From Candidatus Moanibacter sp. (lineage in GTDB: Bacteria; Verrucomicrobiota; Verrucomicrobiia; Opitutales; UBA2987), in the NCBI GenBank assembly GCA_965215885.1, contig CBDCEW010000092.1, positions 1 through 64,000 on the forward strand: 64,000 nucleotides of DNA, read 5' to 3'. Positions 12,417 to 21,830 of this stretch are shown one piece after another. Position numbers and translations under genes: made by a program. The notes below the pieces were generated by a model that saw only the letters and a program-made list of their open reading frames with translations, had not been told where the DNA came from and ran no database searches. Each line of letters opens with the position of its first letter. The stretch's first letter is position 1.

Positions 12417-13028
12417 ATGTTTGAAACCTATCTCAGTATCTTTTTCACCTCGGTTTTTGTCGAGAATATGGCCTTGGCTTTTTTTCTCGGTATGTGCACC
12501 TTTCTTGCGGTCTCGAAAAAGGTCGATACCGCAATTGGCTTGGGTTTCGCCGTCATCGTGGTGCAGACCGTTACTGTTCCAACCAATAATCTCATTTATC
12601 GCTACCTTCTCAAAGAGGATGCACTGGCCTGGGCGGGAGTGACGGGAGTCGACCTTACTTTTCTCGGTTTTATCTGCTACATCGGGGTAATTGCGGCCAT
12701 GATTCAGATATTGGAGATGGCTCTCGATAAGTATTTCCCGGCCCTCTACAATGCTCTTGGTATATTTCTGCCGTTGATCACGGTAAATTGCGCCATTCTC
12801 GGCGGGTCTCTTTTTATGGTGGAGCGGGACTACAATTTCGGCGAGAGTGTCGTCTTCGGGTTTGGCTCCGGCTTCGGCTGGGCCATCGCCATCGCTGGGC
12901 TTGCCGGTATTCGCGAAAAGCTGAAATACAGCGACGTTCCGCCAGGTTTGAGGGGGCTCGGGATTACTTTTATTACGGTTGGGTTGATGTCGCTGGCTTT
13001 TATGGCCTTTTCCGGTATTCAGCTGTAA
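12417..13028 (+). CDS. nqrE: Na+-NQR subunit E
   Basis: [33 protein letters not shown]. Confidence 0.97.
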   Translation: MFETYLSIFFTSVFVENMALAFFLGMCTFLAVSKKVDTAIGLGFAVIVVQTVTVPTNNLIYRYLLKEDALAWAGVTGVDLTFLGFICYIGVIAAMIQILEMALDKYFPALYNALGIFLPLITVNCAILGGSLFMVERDYNFGESVVFGFGSGFGWAIAIAGLAGIREKLKYSDVPPGLRGLGITFITVGLMSLAFMAFSGIQL

Positions 13029-13099
13029 ATGTCCCGTTTTAAGTAATCAAGTGTGATAATCTGGTGATCCCGCCGAGCGGGAATGGTGCGAGTTAGAAA

Positions 13100-14338
13100 A
13101 TGAACGAAGTGATGGTAATATCGCTGGGCGTGACCATGTTCACCGCCGTGGTGTTGGCTCTTGTCCTCATCATCCTCTTCGCCAAGTCGAAACTAGTGGC
13201 ATCGGGAAACGTAAACATTCTCATCAATGACGATCCCGAAAAATCTATTTCCGTTCCCGCCGGTGGGAAGCTGCTAAATGTCCTGGCTAATGAGCAGATT
13301 TTCGTCTCTTCCGCCTGTGGAGGGGGCGGGACCTGCGCGCAGTGCACCGTAAAAGTGCATGATGGCGGTGGTGACATTTTGGCCACCGAACTCTCCCATG
13401 TAACCAAGCGGGAAGCTAAAGAAGGGGTGCGGTTGTCCTGCCAGGTCTCGGTCAAGCAGGACATGAAGATCGAAGTGCCGGCTGAAGTGTTTGATGTCAA
13501 GAAATGGAAATGCCGGGTGCGTTCAAATGATGACGTCGCCACTTTTATCAGAGAGCTCAACCTCGAGCTTCCCGAAGGCGAGAATGTCGATTTTCGCGCC
13601 GGGGGCTTTATCCAGATCGAATGTCCACCCCACGAAGTCGCCTATAAGGATTTCGATATTGCGGACGAATTCAGGCCCACTTGGGACCATTTTAATTTCT
13701 GGCGATACAACTCGAAAGTTGATGAAGGAGTCTTTCGGGCCTACTCCATGGCCAATTATCCGGATGAAAGGGGCATCATCATGCTTAATATCCGGATTGC
13801 TACACCCCCGCCGCGTAGTCCCGAAGGTATTCCCCCGGGTAAGATGTCTTCTTACACTTATGGCCTCAAACCGGGTGATGAAGTCACCATCTCGGGACCT
13901 TTCGGGGAGTTCTTTGCCAAGGAGACGGATGCGGAGATGGTCTTCATCGGAGGGGGAGCAGGTATGGCGCCGATGCGGTCCCACCTCTTTGATCAGTTGA
14001 AGCGGCTCAATTCGAAGCGAAAGATCACTTTCTGGTACGGGGCCAGAAGTAAATGCGAGATGTTCTACGTGGAGGATTACGACGGTCTTCAAGAGGAATT
14101 TGATAACTTCAAGTGGCATGTGGCGCTCTCGGAGCCCCTGCCCGAGGATAATTGGACAGGGTATACAGGATTTATTCATCAGGTCGTATACGAGAATTAC
14201 CTCAAAGATCATCCCGCTCCGGAAGACTGCGAGTTTTATATCTGCGGTCCGCCCATGATGAATACGGCCGTTATCAATATGCTGGAGGATCTTGGAGTGG
14301 AGGACGAGAATATCCTCTTCGACGATTTCGGGGTATAG
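13100..14338 (+). CDS. nqrF: Na+-NQR subunit F
   Basis: 2Fe-2S motif [39 protein letters not shown] end. Confidence 0.97.
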   Translation: MNEVMVISLGVTMFTAVVLALVLIILFAKSKLVASGNVNILINDDPEKSISVPAGGKLLNVLANEQIFVSSACGGGGTCAQCTVKVHDGGGDILATELSHVTKREAKEGVRLSCQVSVKQDMKIEVPAEVFDVKKWKCRVRSNDDVATFIRELNLELPEGENVDFRAGGFIQIECPPHEVAYKDFDIADEFRPTWDHFNFWRYNSKVDEGVFRAYSMANYPDERGIIMLNIRIATPPPRSPEGIPPGKMSSYTYGLKPGDEVTISGPFGEFFAKETDAEMVFIGGGAGMAPMRSHLFDQLKRLNSKRKITFWYGARSKCEMFYVEDYDGLQEEFDNFKWHVALSEPLPEDNWTGYTGFIHQVVYENYLKDHPAPEDCEFYICGPPMMNTAVINMLEDLGVEDENILFDDFGV

Positions 14339-14575
14339 CCCGAATATTTCACAAACCTTCTACTACGACGGCGGATATCACTGCATCTCAAAGCCTTCCC
14401 TTGCCCGGCGACCTCAGAGGGTCCTAACACACTGTGGCCCGCCGGACTGCGGTAAGGCTATGATCTGCAGCGATCTACGCCGTCTCGTTACGAAGTGTGT
14501 GAAATAACCGGACTAGCGAGCCTGTCGAATTTACGGCGGATCAAATACGAATCATGAGTCATCCATTCGATATTT

Positions 14576-14835
14576 GTCATTGCGAGGAAGAATGACGAAG
14601 CAATCCAGGATTTCGATCAGGCCGCTCACTGGATTACCACGGTGTGCTGTATGGCAAGGTGAAAATCAGTAGAGAGCTACGTGGGACAGGCTTCCAGCCT
14701 GTCAAGAGTCCTGGCAAGTATCCGCACTCCGCACAGGCTGGAAGCCTGTCCCACGCAAGTGTCCAGGAAGACGAAAAGCTTCCGCTTTCCGCTACACTCT
14801 CGGATCCAGTACGTAGCGGAAAGCAGAAGCTTTTC
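14576..14835. repeat. Cluster of three REP-like palindrome families
   Basis: GTCATTGCGAGGAAGAATGACGAAGCAATCC (also at 43271 and 45979); GTGGGACAGGCTTCCAGCCTGT inverted pair at 14681-14753; GAAAAGCTTCCGCTTTCCGCTAC inverted pair at 14773-14835 (also 43337-43400). Confidence 0.85.
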
Positions 14836-14967
14836 GATTCTTGCGAATTATCGAGAACGAGCACGATTTCTGATCTGCCAGGCAGGCAGTTTCCGACCTC
14901 GAATGGACTGAAAATCTCGCCCGAAAACCCGTATTTACAAAGAGATTTCAGGACAGATCGGCACCAA

Positions 14968-16041
14968 ATGAGAAACCATCTCGGCAAGTCTCCGAGCAAC
15001 GCTAAATACCCCAATGCGGCAGCCGTCTACCGAGCATTAATACTCTGTAGCGTCTTCCTCTTCGGCTGCACCGAATCATCTCAAACCGAGACCCCGGAGG
15101 ACGTCAGCGTGGTTTCTGGGTCGACGATGGGCACCTATTACCGGGTCTCCTTAGCTTCCATTCCGGCTCACGTTTCGCTGCTTGATCTTAAGGCCGATAT
15201 CGACGGGCTGTTGACTGAGATTAACGCGCAGATGTCTACCTATCTCCCGGATTCTGAACTGTCGCGGTTCAATAAATTTGCAGAGACAGACTGGTTTCCA
15301 GTATCTTTTGAGACAGCGTTAGTTGTCATCGAAGGACTCAGGATTTATGAGCTGTCCGGTGGGGCATTTGATATTACCGTTGGACCGTTGGTAAACCTTT
15401 GGGGCTTTGGCCCGGGGGGAGGGAGAGATGATGTCCCCGCTGAGGATGAGATCGAGGAGGCAAAGAGGCACGTGGGATCTGTTCACCTGGAGGCACGGTC
15501 CTCGCCACCCGCCCTCAGGAAGGATGTTACCGGGCTCTATGTCGACTTGTCCGCCATCGCCAAAGGTTTTGCCGTGGATAGAATAGCAGATTTTCTTGAT
15601 TCTCGTGGAATTCGGGGCTTCCTTGTCGATATTGGAGGCGAGTTTAGAGCGAAGGGCAGAAAATCTGACGGGTCTTTCTGGATAGTCGCGATTGAGAAAC
15701 CAGTCATCGGAAAAAGAGCTGTGCAGCGAATTCTCCATCTCACCGATCGGGCCGTTGCAACGTCAGGTGACTACCGAAACTATTTCGAAATTGACGGCCT
15801 ACGATATTCGCATGAGATTAATCCTGTAAGCGGAAAGCCGGTTGCTCATCGTCTTGCTTCCGTCACGGTGCTCGACGATACCTGTATGAAGGCGGATGCT
15901 TTGGCCACGGCACTGATGGTTCTCGGGCCGGACCGTGGATATGAGCTTGCGCTCAGAGAGAAAATTGCTGCCTTATTTATAGTGAAAGGAGAAAAAGGCT
16001 TTCACGAGAAAATGACACCTCTTTTTAAGGATGATACATGA
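14968..16041 (+). CDS. apbE: FAD:protein FMN transferase (lipoprotein)
   Basis: Lipobox LFGC, GSTMGT, GAFDITVGPLVNLWGFG, DLSAIAKG, ATSGDYRNYF; start codon uncertain. Confidence 0.93.
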   Translation: MRNHLGKSPSNAKYPNAAAVYRALILCSVFLFGCTESSQTETPEDVSVVSGSTMGTYYRVSLASIPAHVSLLDLKADIDGLLTEINAQMSTYLPDSELSRFNKFAETDWFPVSFETALVVIEGLRIYELSGGAFDITVGPLVNLWGFGPGGGRDDVPAEDEIEEAKRHVGSVHLEARSSPPALRKDVTGLYVDLSAIAKGFAVDRIADFLDSRGIRGFLVDIGGEFRAKGRKSDGSFWIVAIEKPVIGKRAVQRILHLTDRAVATSGDYRNYFEIDGLRYSHEINPVSGKPVAHRLASVTVLDDTCMKADALATALMVLGPDRGYELALREKIAALFIVKGEKGFHEKMTPLFKDDT

Positions 16042-16328
16042 GGTTGAATTCCTGGCTCAGCAATGTCGCAACCAAAACAGGAAAGAGACCACGGATTACA
16101 CTGATTGGCACTGATAGGATAGAGTGAAAGTGGAAAGTCCACGTACGCTTCCTCTTTCGCTATAGCTTGAGAGGATGCAAAAGCTTCCCACTTCGCCGTT
16201 CGGCTTCGAGGGACGAGTTGGAAGATGCAAAAATGGGACAGGAAGCAAACCCGGGAGGCTGGGAAGTGAAGGGCAACAAATCTGAGTTATCGGGGTCTTG
16301 ATTATAGATCGATTCTGATGAAAAATCC

Positions 16329-16401
16329 CCACGTTCTTGCGAACGCGGCTACGATGCTCCGAAAGTCGTTGATATTTGTAGCCGCGTTCGCAAGAACGTG
16401 G
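16329..16401. repeat. GTAG-type REP doublet (REPIN-like); second doublet at 18740-18812, partial single copy at 20170-20189
   Basis: CCACGTTCTTGCGAACGCGGCTAC-spacer-GTAGCCGCGTTCGCAAGAACGTGG with identical arms and different spacers. Confidence 0.85.
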
Positions 16402-16453
16402 TCGCGAGGGGCGAAACGGCGAATTTTTCACCGGAATCAACAACTGAGTTAAA

Positions 16454-16648
16454 ATGAAAATTTTCTTCATAAGCTTCGTCGTTTTCTGTTTGTTTCTGAC
16501 TGCTATGGCAGTAGGCGTAATCTTCGGAAAACGTGGCATTAAGGGGAGTTGTGGGGGTCTGGGTAGCTGTGAGGCCTGCGCTGATGATGGCGCCACCCCC
16601 GATCAACTTGAGACTGCTTCTCGACAGAAAGAACCGGGTTTGTCCTGA
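16454..16648 (+). CDS. nqrM: Na+-NQR maturation factor
   Basis: One TM helix followed by MAVGVIFGKRGIKGSCGG..C..C; follows apbE. Confidence 0.9.
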   Translation: MKIFFISFVVFCLFLTAMAVGVIFGKRGIKGSCGGLGSCEACADDGATPDQLETASRQKEPGLS

Positions 16649-16912
16649 GTGGAACTCCGTCGTGAACTTTGTCGCCAGATGAATTTCGACCATCGACTAC
16701 GATTATGACGACGACCTTGGATCGCATAATGAGCCGATGCCTAATCGAAATTCGTCGTCATAATCGTAATCGAAAATCGGCCGAATCACGAGGACGATAA
16801 CGTTTATCCCGCTGAGCAAGACCGGGGGATTTCCGATACCGCTTAACGTGTGCTTTCCACACGGTCGACACCTGCGTTGGTCGAGCTAATCGACCGCAGC
16901 ATTTCCCGAAAT

Positions 16913-18619
16913 CTACCATAGCACCACAAAAAGCAAGAATGCCGCGGTGGCGAGGTATGCGCAGGCCCAGAGTCCGGGGCGCTTGTACCAGGGCAGACCG
17001 GATGAGGGAACCGGAAATGGGTATTCGGGCCTGATTGGGACCTTAAGTAAAGTCTTCTGCAGCCATGTCCCTTCGAGCACTTTGAGACGCCGGCCCATCA
17101 GCTTACGGATATTTTCCGTGTTTTCGTGCCGGGCATAGACGAGTCCCACAAGCTCTTCTTCTTTGACCGGTCCCGTTATTTTATCGATCACTTTTGATGC
17201 AATAAACATGCTCACGGGAGGCAACAGGGTGTTCCAAAGGTAGGTCCACCAGGTGTTTGTGAGAGGGAGCGGCAGGTCCCACTCCTTAAAATCGGCGACG
17301 ATGGCGAATATCCCGTAGGATAGTCCCACAGTGAGACCGATCACTCCGGTCTGTCGATGGACCCGTGTGAAGACGCCCATAAGCATTACGCTCATGAGCG
17401 GCACGGCGATTGCGCCGGCCAGCCTGAGAAAAAATATCAGCATTCCCTCTTGAATAAAAGGGAGGTAGACAAACCCGAGGGCAAAGATAAATGGGACGGA
17501 TATTCTACCAACATGGGTATAGTGAGCGTCCGATGCGTTCTTTACGATGTAACGGGCGTAAAGGTCCCGCACAAAGAGACTGGAAATACCGATGCCGACG
17601 GAATCAAATGTAGAATATCCGGCCGCGATTATGCCGGCGACAACGAGCCCTACCAGACCGGGCGGCAAATGTTTCTTGAGGATGAGAGGATAAGCCTGAT
17701 CGACGATTTCCAGCTCCGCGAACTCCGCGCGCGCGAGGGGTCCAAGGCAGACATTAAACCAGAGACATACAGCTGTGGCCAACGCTGCCACGAGCGCCGC
17801 CATCTTGAAATCCCATTCGGAACGGGCGCTGAGAAAGCGTATGGCTTCGTACTGATTAATAACGGCGTAGGTCGTGAGGCCAACACAGAATCCGAAGACG
17901 ACGAGGAGGGGCGGTACACCGGGAGGAGAATAACCACCGACATGGAGAAGAGTCTGTGGCAACTCCGGGTCGATTGCTTCGAGTTTCGTCCTTAGGCCTT
18001 CCCACCCTCCCGTTTTAACCCAAACAGTGACCCACAGAATCAGGGCCCCCAGGATCATTATTGTGCTCTGGATAGCGTCGGTGAAGACACCGGCCTTCAG
18101 TCCGCCCCTGATTATATAGATAGCGGCCGTGGCAACCATTGTGATCACGATTATCCAGCTCCAGCCTGTTTCTATTCCCCCGACTACGCTGATAACCAGA
18201 AACATGGAAAAATAGATGTTTCCGAGAACGTTGGTGCGGGACTGGATGTTGATTAGAACCGCGATTACACGGGCCGCGGGGCCAAATCTGAACTCGAGCC
18301 ACTCGGCGTTCGTAAAGACGCCGGAGCGGTACATGGGTACAATGACAAAGAAACTCAGAACGATCCAGCCGATCGCGATTCCCAACCACCACTGCGAAAG
18401 CTGGGACAATCCTAACTCATAGGAGCCGCCCACAATGGCCACGTAATCGCCGCTGTCTACCGCCGTGCCGAAGGCGGAGAGACCAATCACCCACCACGGC
18501 ATCGATTTCGCCGCCAGGTACCAGTCAAAGCTCTCTTGCTGCCCACGAAAGGCGAAAATGCCATAGAGGACAATCCCTCCATTGATTACGAGAACGAGCA
18601 GCCAATCAATTAGAGACAT
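16913..18619 (-). CDS. Sodium:solute symporter family protein
   Basis: YLAAKSMPWWVIGLS, EWLEFRF, GGLKAGVFTDAIQ; many TM segments. Confidence 0.92.
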   Translation of the reverse strand: MSLIDWLLVLVINGGIVLYGIFAFRGQQESFDWYLAAKSMPWWVIGLSAFGTAVDSGDYVAIVGGSYELGLSQLSQWWLGIAIGWIVLSFFVIVPMYRSGVFTNAEWLEFRFGPAARVIAVLINIQSRTNVLGNIYFSMFLVISVVGGIETGWSWIIVITMVATAAIYIIRGGLKAGVFTDAIQSTIMILGALILWVTVWVKTGGWEGLRTKLEAIDPELPQTLLHVGGYSPPGVPPLLVVFGFCVGLTTYAVINQYEAIRFLSARSEWDFKMAALVAALATAVCLWFNVCLGPLARAEFAELEIVDQAYPLILKKHLPPGLVGLVVAGIIAAGYSTFDSVGIGISSLFVRDLYARYIVKNASDAHYTHVGRISVPFIFALGFVYLPFIQEGMLIFFLRLAGAIAVPLMSVMLMGVFTRVHRQTGVIGLTVGLSYGIFAIVADFKEWDLPLPLTNTWWTYLWNTLLPPVSMFIASKVIDKITGPVKEEELVGLVYARHENTENIRKLMGRRLKVLEGTWLQKTLLKVPIRPEYPFPVPSSGLPWYKRPGLWACAYLATAAFLLFVVLW

Positions 18620-18816
18620 TGTAAAGTAGAATTCACGAGATCACAAGAACTCCGGGAATGCTCCCCATGCGAAAATCAAGGCTGAATGTCAACTTTGCGG
18701 TGGCTTCTGCTGAAAAAGTCCTCGGTTCCGATTCCGCGACCACGTTCTTGCGAACGCGGCTACAGTTATCAACGGCTTACGAATCACCGTAGCCGCGTTC
18801 GCAAGAACGTGGGGGG

Positions 18817-19890
18817 TTAGCGAAGCCGCGGCGGTAGCTGATACCCCTTTTTCATTACTTTGATGCGGTAAAGAGAGCCTCCGGCCGTAACGTAGAGAGT
18901 TTGGGCCTCTTTACCGCGGCCGAATCCAACATTGGTGGGTAGCGATTCCGTGGGAATATATGCACGTTCTCCACCAGTTGGTGAATAGACGTAAATGCCT
19001 GGGCGCGTCTCATCGCGGACCGCGACGTAGAGATTGCCTTCCACATCGACCGTAAGTCCGTCCGGTCCATCCTCAGGTGCGTAGTTGACCAGCTCTTCCC
19101 GGAATTTCGGGTTTTCCTTATCGTTCAAGTCGTAAGCAAGCAGGGCCATCCTTCCCTTGTGTGGTCTCATGTTCGGCGGTAGCGCGGAGTTCTTGAGAGT
19201 GCCGTTATCGTGGCAGACCACATAAAGGGATTTCTGATCGGGTGAAATGACAACCCCGTTTGGTTTCCCGGCATCAGTGATCACACGATGGATCGACCCG
19301 TCCGTGTCAATGCGGTAAACACCCATGACCGCCTGGTAGATCGGTTCATGCCCCAGATATCTCGGGTCGCTGAAATAAATACGCCCTTTTTCATCGATTG
19401 TGATATCGTTTGGGGCGTTAAACGGCAGTTCATCATACAGACCAGCAATTATTTCACTCTTGCCCGTCTGCATATCTGTTCGGGTGACTTTGCGGCCTCC
19501 GAAATCAGCTCCCTCGGCGACCACCAACCTCCCTTCCGCGTCAAATTTGATCCCGTTCGACATCCCGCTGGGTGATCGAAAGACAACGGTCTCGCCCGTA
19601 TTGGGATCATACTTCCAGATGTGCCCCGCTTGCATCCCGGAAGTGATAGTAAAAGTGATATCACTGAAATAGACACTTCCATCGGGAGCGACCGCCGGAC
19701 TCTCCGTGAAGAAGCCTCCGTCAAATAGCAGCTCCAGCTCCGTACCCGGTGCAATTATCTGCGGATCACTGGAGGGCTCGTTCGCAGCCAGTGATGAGAT
19801 TAGAGTAATAGCGCATGCCCACCCCCAAAAGAGGTGCCTCAGCGTGCTATATGCGCTAGGTCTATCTGAGAAACAGGAGTGCAGGTTCAT
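18817..19890 (-). CDS. SMP-30/gluconolactonase/LRE family secreted protein
   Basis: FTESP, FNAPND, KPNGV, GPDGLTVDVEGNLY, PTNVGFG. Confidence 0.92.
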   Translation of the reverse strand: MNLHSCFSDRPSAYSTLRHLFWGWACAITLISSLAANEPSSDPQIIAPGTELELLFDGGFFTESPAVAPDGSVYFSDITFTITSGMQAGHIWKYDPNTGETVVFRSPSGMSNGIKFDAEGRLVVAEGADFGGRKVTRTDMQTGKSEIIAGLYDELPFNAPNDITIDEKGRIYFSDPRYLGHEPIYQAVMGVYRIDTDGSIHRVITDAGKPNGVVISPDQKSLYVVCHDNGTLKNSALPPNMRPHKGRMALLAYDLNDKENPKFREELVNYAPEDGPDGLTVDVEGNLYVAVRDETRPGIYVYSPTGGERAYIPTESLPTNVGFGRGKEAQTLYVTAGGSLYRIKVMKKGYQLPPRLR

Positions 19891-20346
19891 GACTCTTCCA
19901 TCGGATTAGTGTTCAAGAAGCGAAATTCAGATTTTCAGGGAATTCCCTCGCAGCGTATTTTGCTGAAGGAATTCAGGGGATCAAGTCCGTAAGGTCACAA
20001 TGCCCGCAGAACGCGGCAAAATCAAACTCATCCAAAGCGAGATCGTTCCGGAGAATACGATAAGGGCGACTGGAAGCGACACCAGGTTTACAAGGATCTT
20101 GCGCAATCGCACTTCAGCAGTCTTTTCCAGCATGATTATTATAAGAAATCCTCGATTCGGATTCCGTGACCACGTTCTTGCGAACGCGGGGCTTTTTCAG
20201 GAGAATCGAACATATACTCTGAACCCACGATACCGGATTTGGAATGCGAAAGAGATAATGTCTTTAAGGCTTTCGGCTAAACAAATTAACGTCTACTTTC
20301 TTGGAATTCCGAATCATTGGAATAGTGGAGTAATACGCTTGTATCC

Positions 20347-21666
20347 ATGGAACATCGAAGTCTGACCATAGTGTTTACCGACATCAAGGGATTTACCAGC
20401 CGGACGAGTGAACAGAGCCGCGGTGAAACCCTCGATATGATCAAGAAACACCGGGATCTCGTCCTGCCCGTAATCACGGAAAGAGGCGGAAACCTGATAA
20501 AGTCGATCGGAGACGCGTTCCTGTTCACCTTTGAGAGTCCCACCGATGCGGTGTTGAGTGGAATAAAACTTCAGCAGCACCTGCGGAATTATAATAAGAC
20601 CGCGCCAAAGGCGGAACGGGTGGAAATTCGGGTGGCCATCAATACCGGTGAGGTGATCGTGGAAGAAGGCGATGTCTACGGCGAGACCGTGAACATCGCG
20701 TCACGCATCGAGGGTATCGCGGAACCGAATGAAGTCTATTTTACTGAGGCGACCTATTTGTCGATGAACAAATCTGAGGTGCCTTCCGCTGAGATCGGCT
20801 ACCGCCTTCTTAAAGGCATTCCCGAGAAAATCAAGGTCTACAAGGTTCTGAGAGAGGGAGAGAAAGCCCGCGGCGTAACCCGGTTGTTTAAGACTGTGGT
20901 TGTCGAGGGAGAACTTCAAGTCGCTGCCCACTGGCGACGAATTCTCGCCTTCGGGTTCGATATTGTGGCGATCGGCTTTATCGTCATTTTGCTCCTCAAC
21001 AAGCATTTCGCGCAGGTCTCTCATTGGGAAGGAGAGCTTAACAAGTCCGCCGAAGAGCTTCATAAAGAGCTTGTACGGGAGAGAAGAGCACAGCTTATTG
21101 ACGTCTTTCGCGGGCGTGCGGAACCCGAACCGGATATGGTCTACTACGAAAGAGTCCAGGAGTTTCTGAAGGACAAGCGGGCCCATCCGGGAAGTATCGA
21201 TCGTTATCCGGAATTGAAACGTCGCGGGGCTGACCTACACGCGGACATCCGAAATGCCGAAGGCCGATTTTTGAGAGAGAAAGTTATCTGGGGGAACTTC
21301 GAACTGCCTGACGGCTTTCCGCTTTTCGGGAAAATTTCCGAGTTCAGGAAGCACCGCGACGAATTCCGCAAGGGGAAGGATGAAGTCGAACAGGGCGCCA
21401 TGGTGATCTGGGGAGCGTTTTTTCTACTCTACTCTTCCGTTGCTATCGGCTGGTGGGGAAGAACGCTGGGAAAGCGCCTTTTCAAAATAAGGGTCGTAGG
21501 CGCAAGCGGACAGCGGTGTGGCTGGGGAAAGGGTATCCTTCGAACCCTCCTCTATCTTGTTTCCGCCCTTCCGTTTTTGCTCGGATTCCTTTGGGCCCTG
21601 TTTAACAGGGAGAACAGAACCTGGCACGATATGATTGTCGATACTCGGGTCGTGTATGTGAGCTGA
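20347..21666 (+). CDS. Class III adenylate cyclase fused to an RDD membrane domain
   Basis: VFTDIKGFT, KSIGDA, DVYGETVNIASRIE; RDD motifs WRRILAFGFD, GRTLGKRLFKIRVV and RTWHDMIVDTRVV. Confidence 0.88.
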   Translation: MEHRSLTIVFTDIKGFTSRTSEQSRGETLDMIKKHRDLVLPVITERGGNLIKSIGDAFLFTFESPTDAVLSGIKLQQHLRNYNKTAPKAERVEIRVAINTGEVIVEEGDVYGETVNIASRIEGIAEPNEVYFTEATYLSMNKSEVPSAEIGYRLLKGIPEKIKVYKVLREGEKARGVTRLFKTVVVEGELQVAAHWRRILAFGFDIVAIGFIVILLLNKHFAQVSHWEGELNKSAEELHKELVRERRAQLIDVFRGRAEPEPDMVYYERVQEFLKDKRAHPGSIDRYPELKRRGADLHADIRNAEGRFLREKVIWGNFELPDGFPLFGKISEFRKHRDEFRKGKDEVEQGAMVIWGAFFLLYSSVAIGWWGRTLGKRLFKIRVVGASGQRCGWGKGILRTLLYLVSALPFLLGFLWALFNRENRTWHDMIVDTRVVYVS

Positions 21667-21830
21667 TTTCGATAGCGTTCTCGTAATCGTGCTCATTCTC
21701 GACATTTCGCGAGGATCGTAATGCTTCCTGGACGCACGCAGTTTCACTTTGTCGTAGTACTTGCTTAGCGTTTCTGAGGCTGCCCCGGTCTTGTGCCGGG
21801 GTGGCGCACGCTATGCAGCTACAATAGGTT

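Noticed and set aside
14644..14967. N-terminal extension of ApbE
   Set aside because: Read-through of REP palindromes; the lipoprotein signal begins after 14968.
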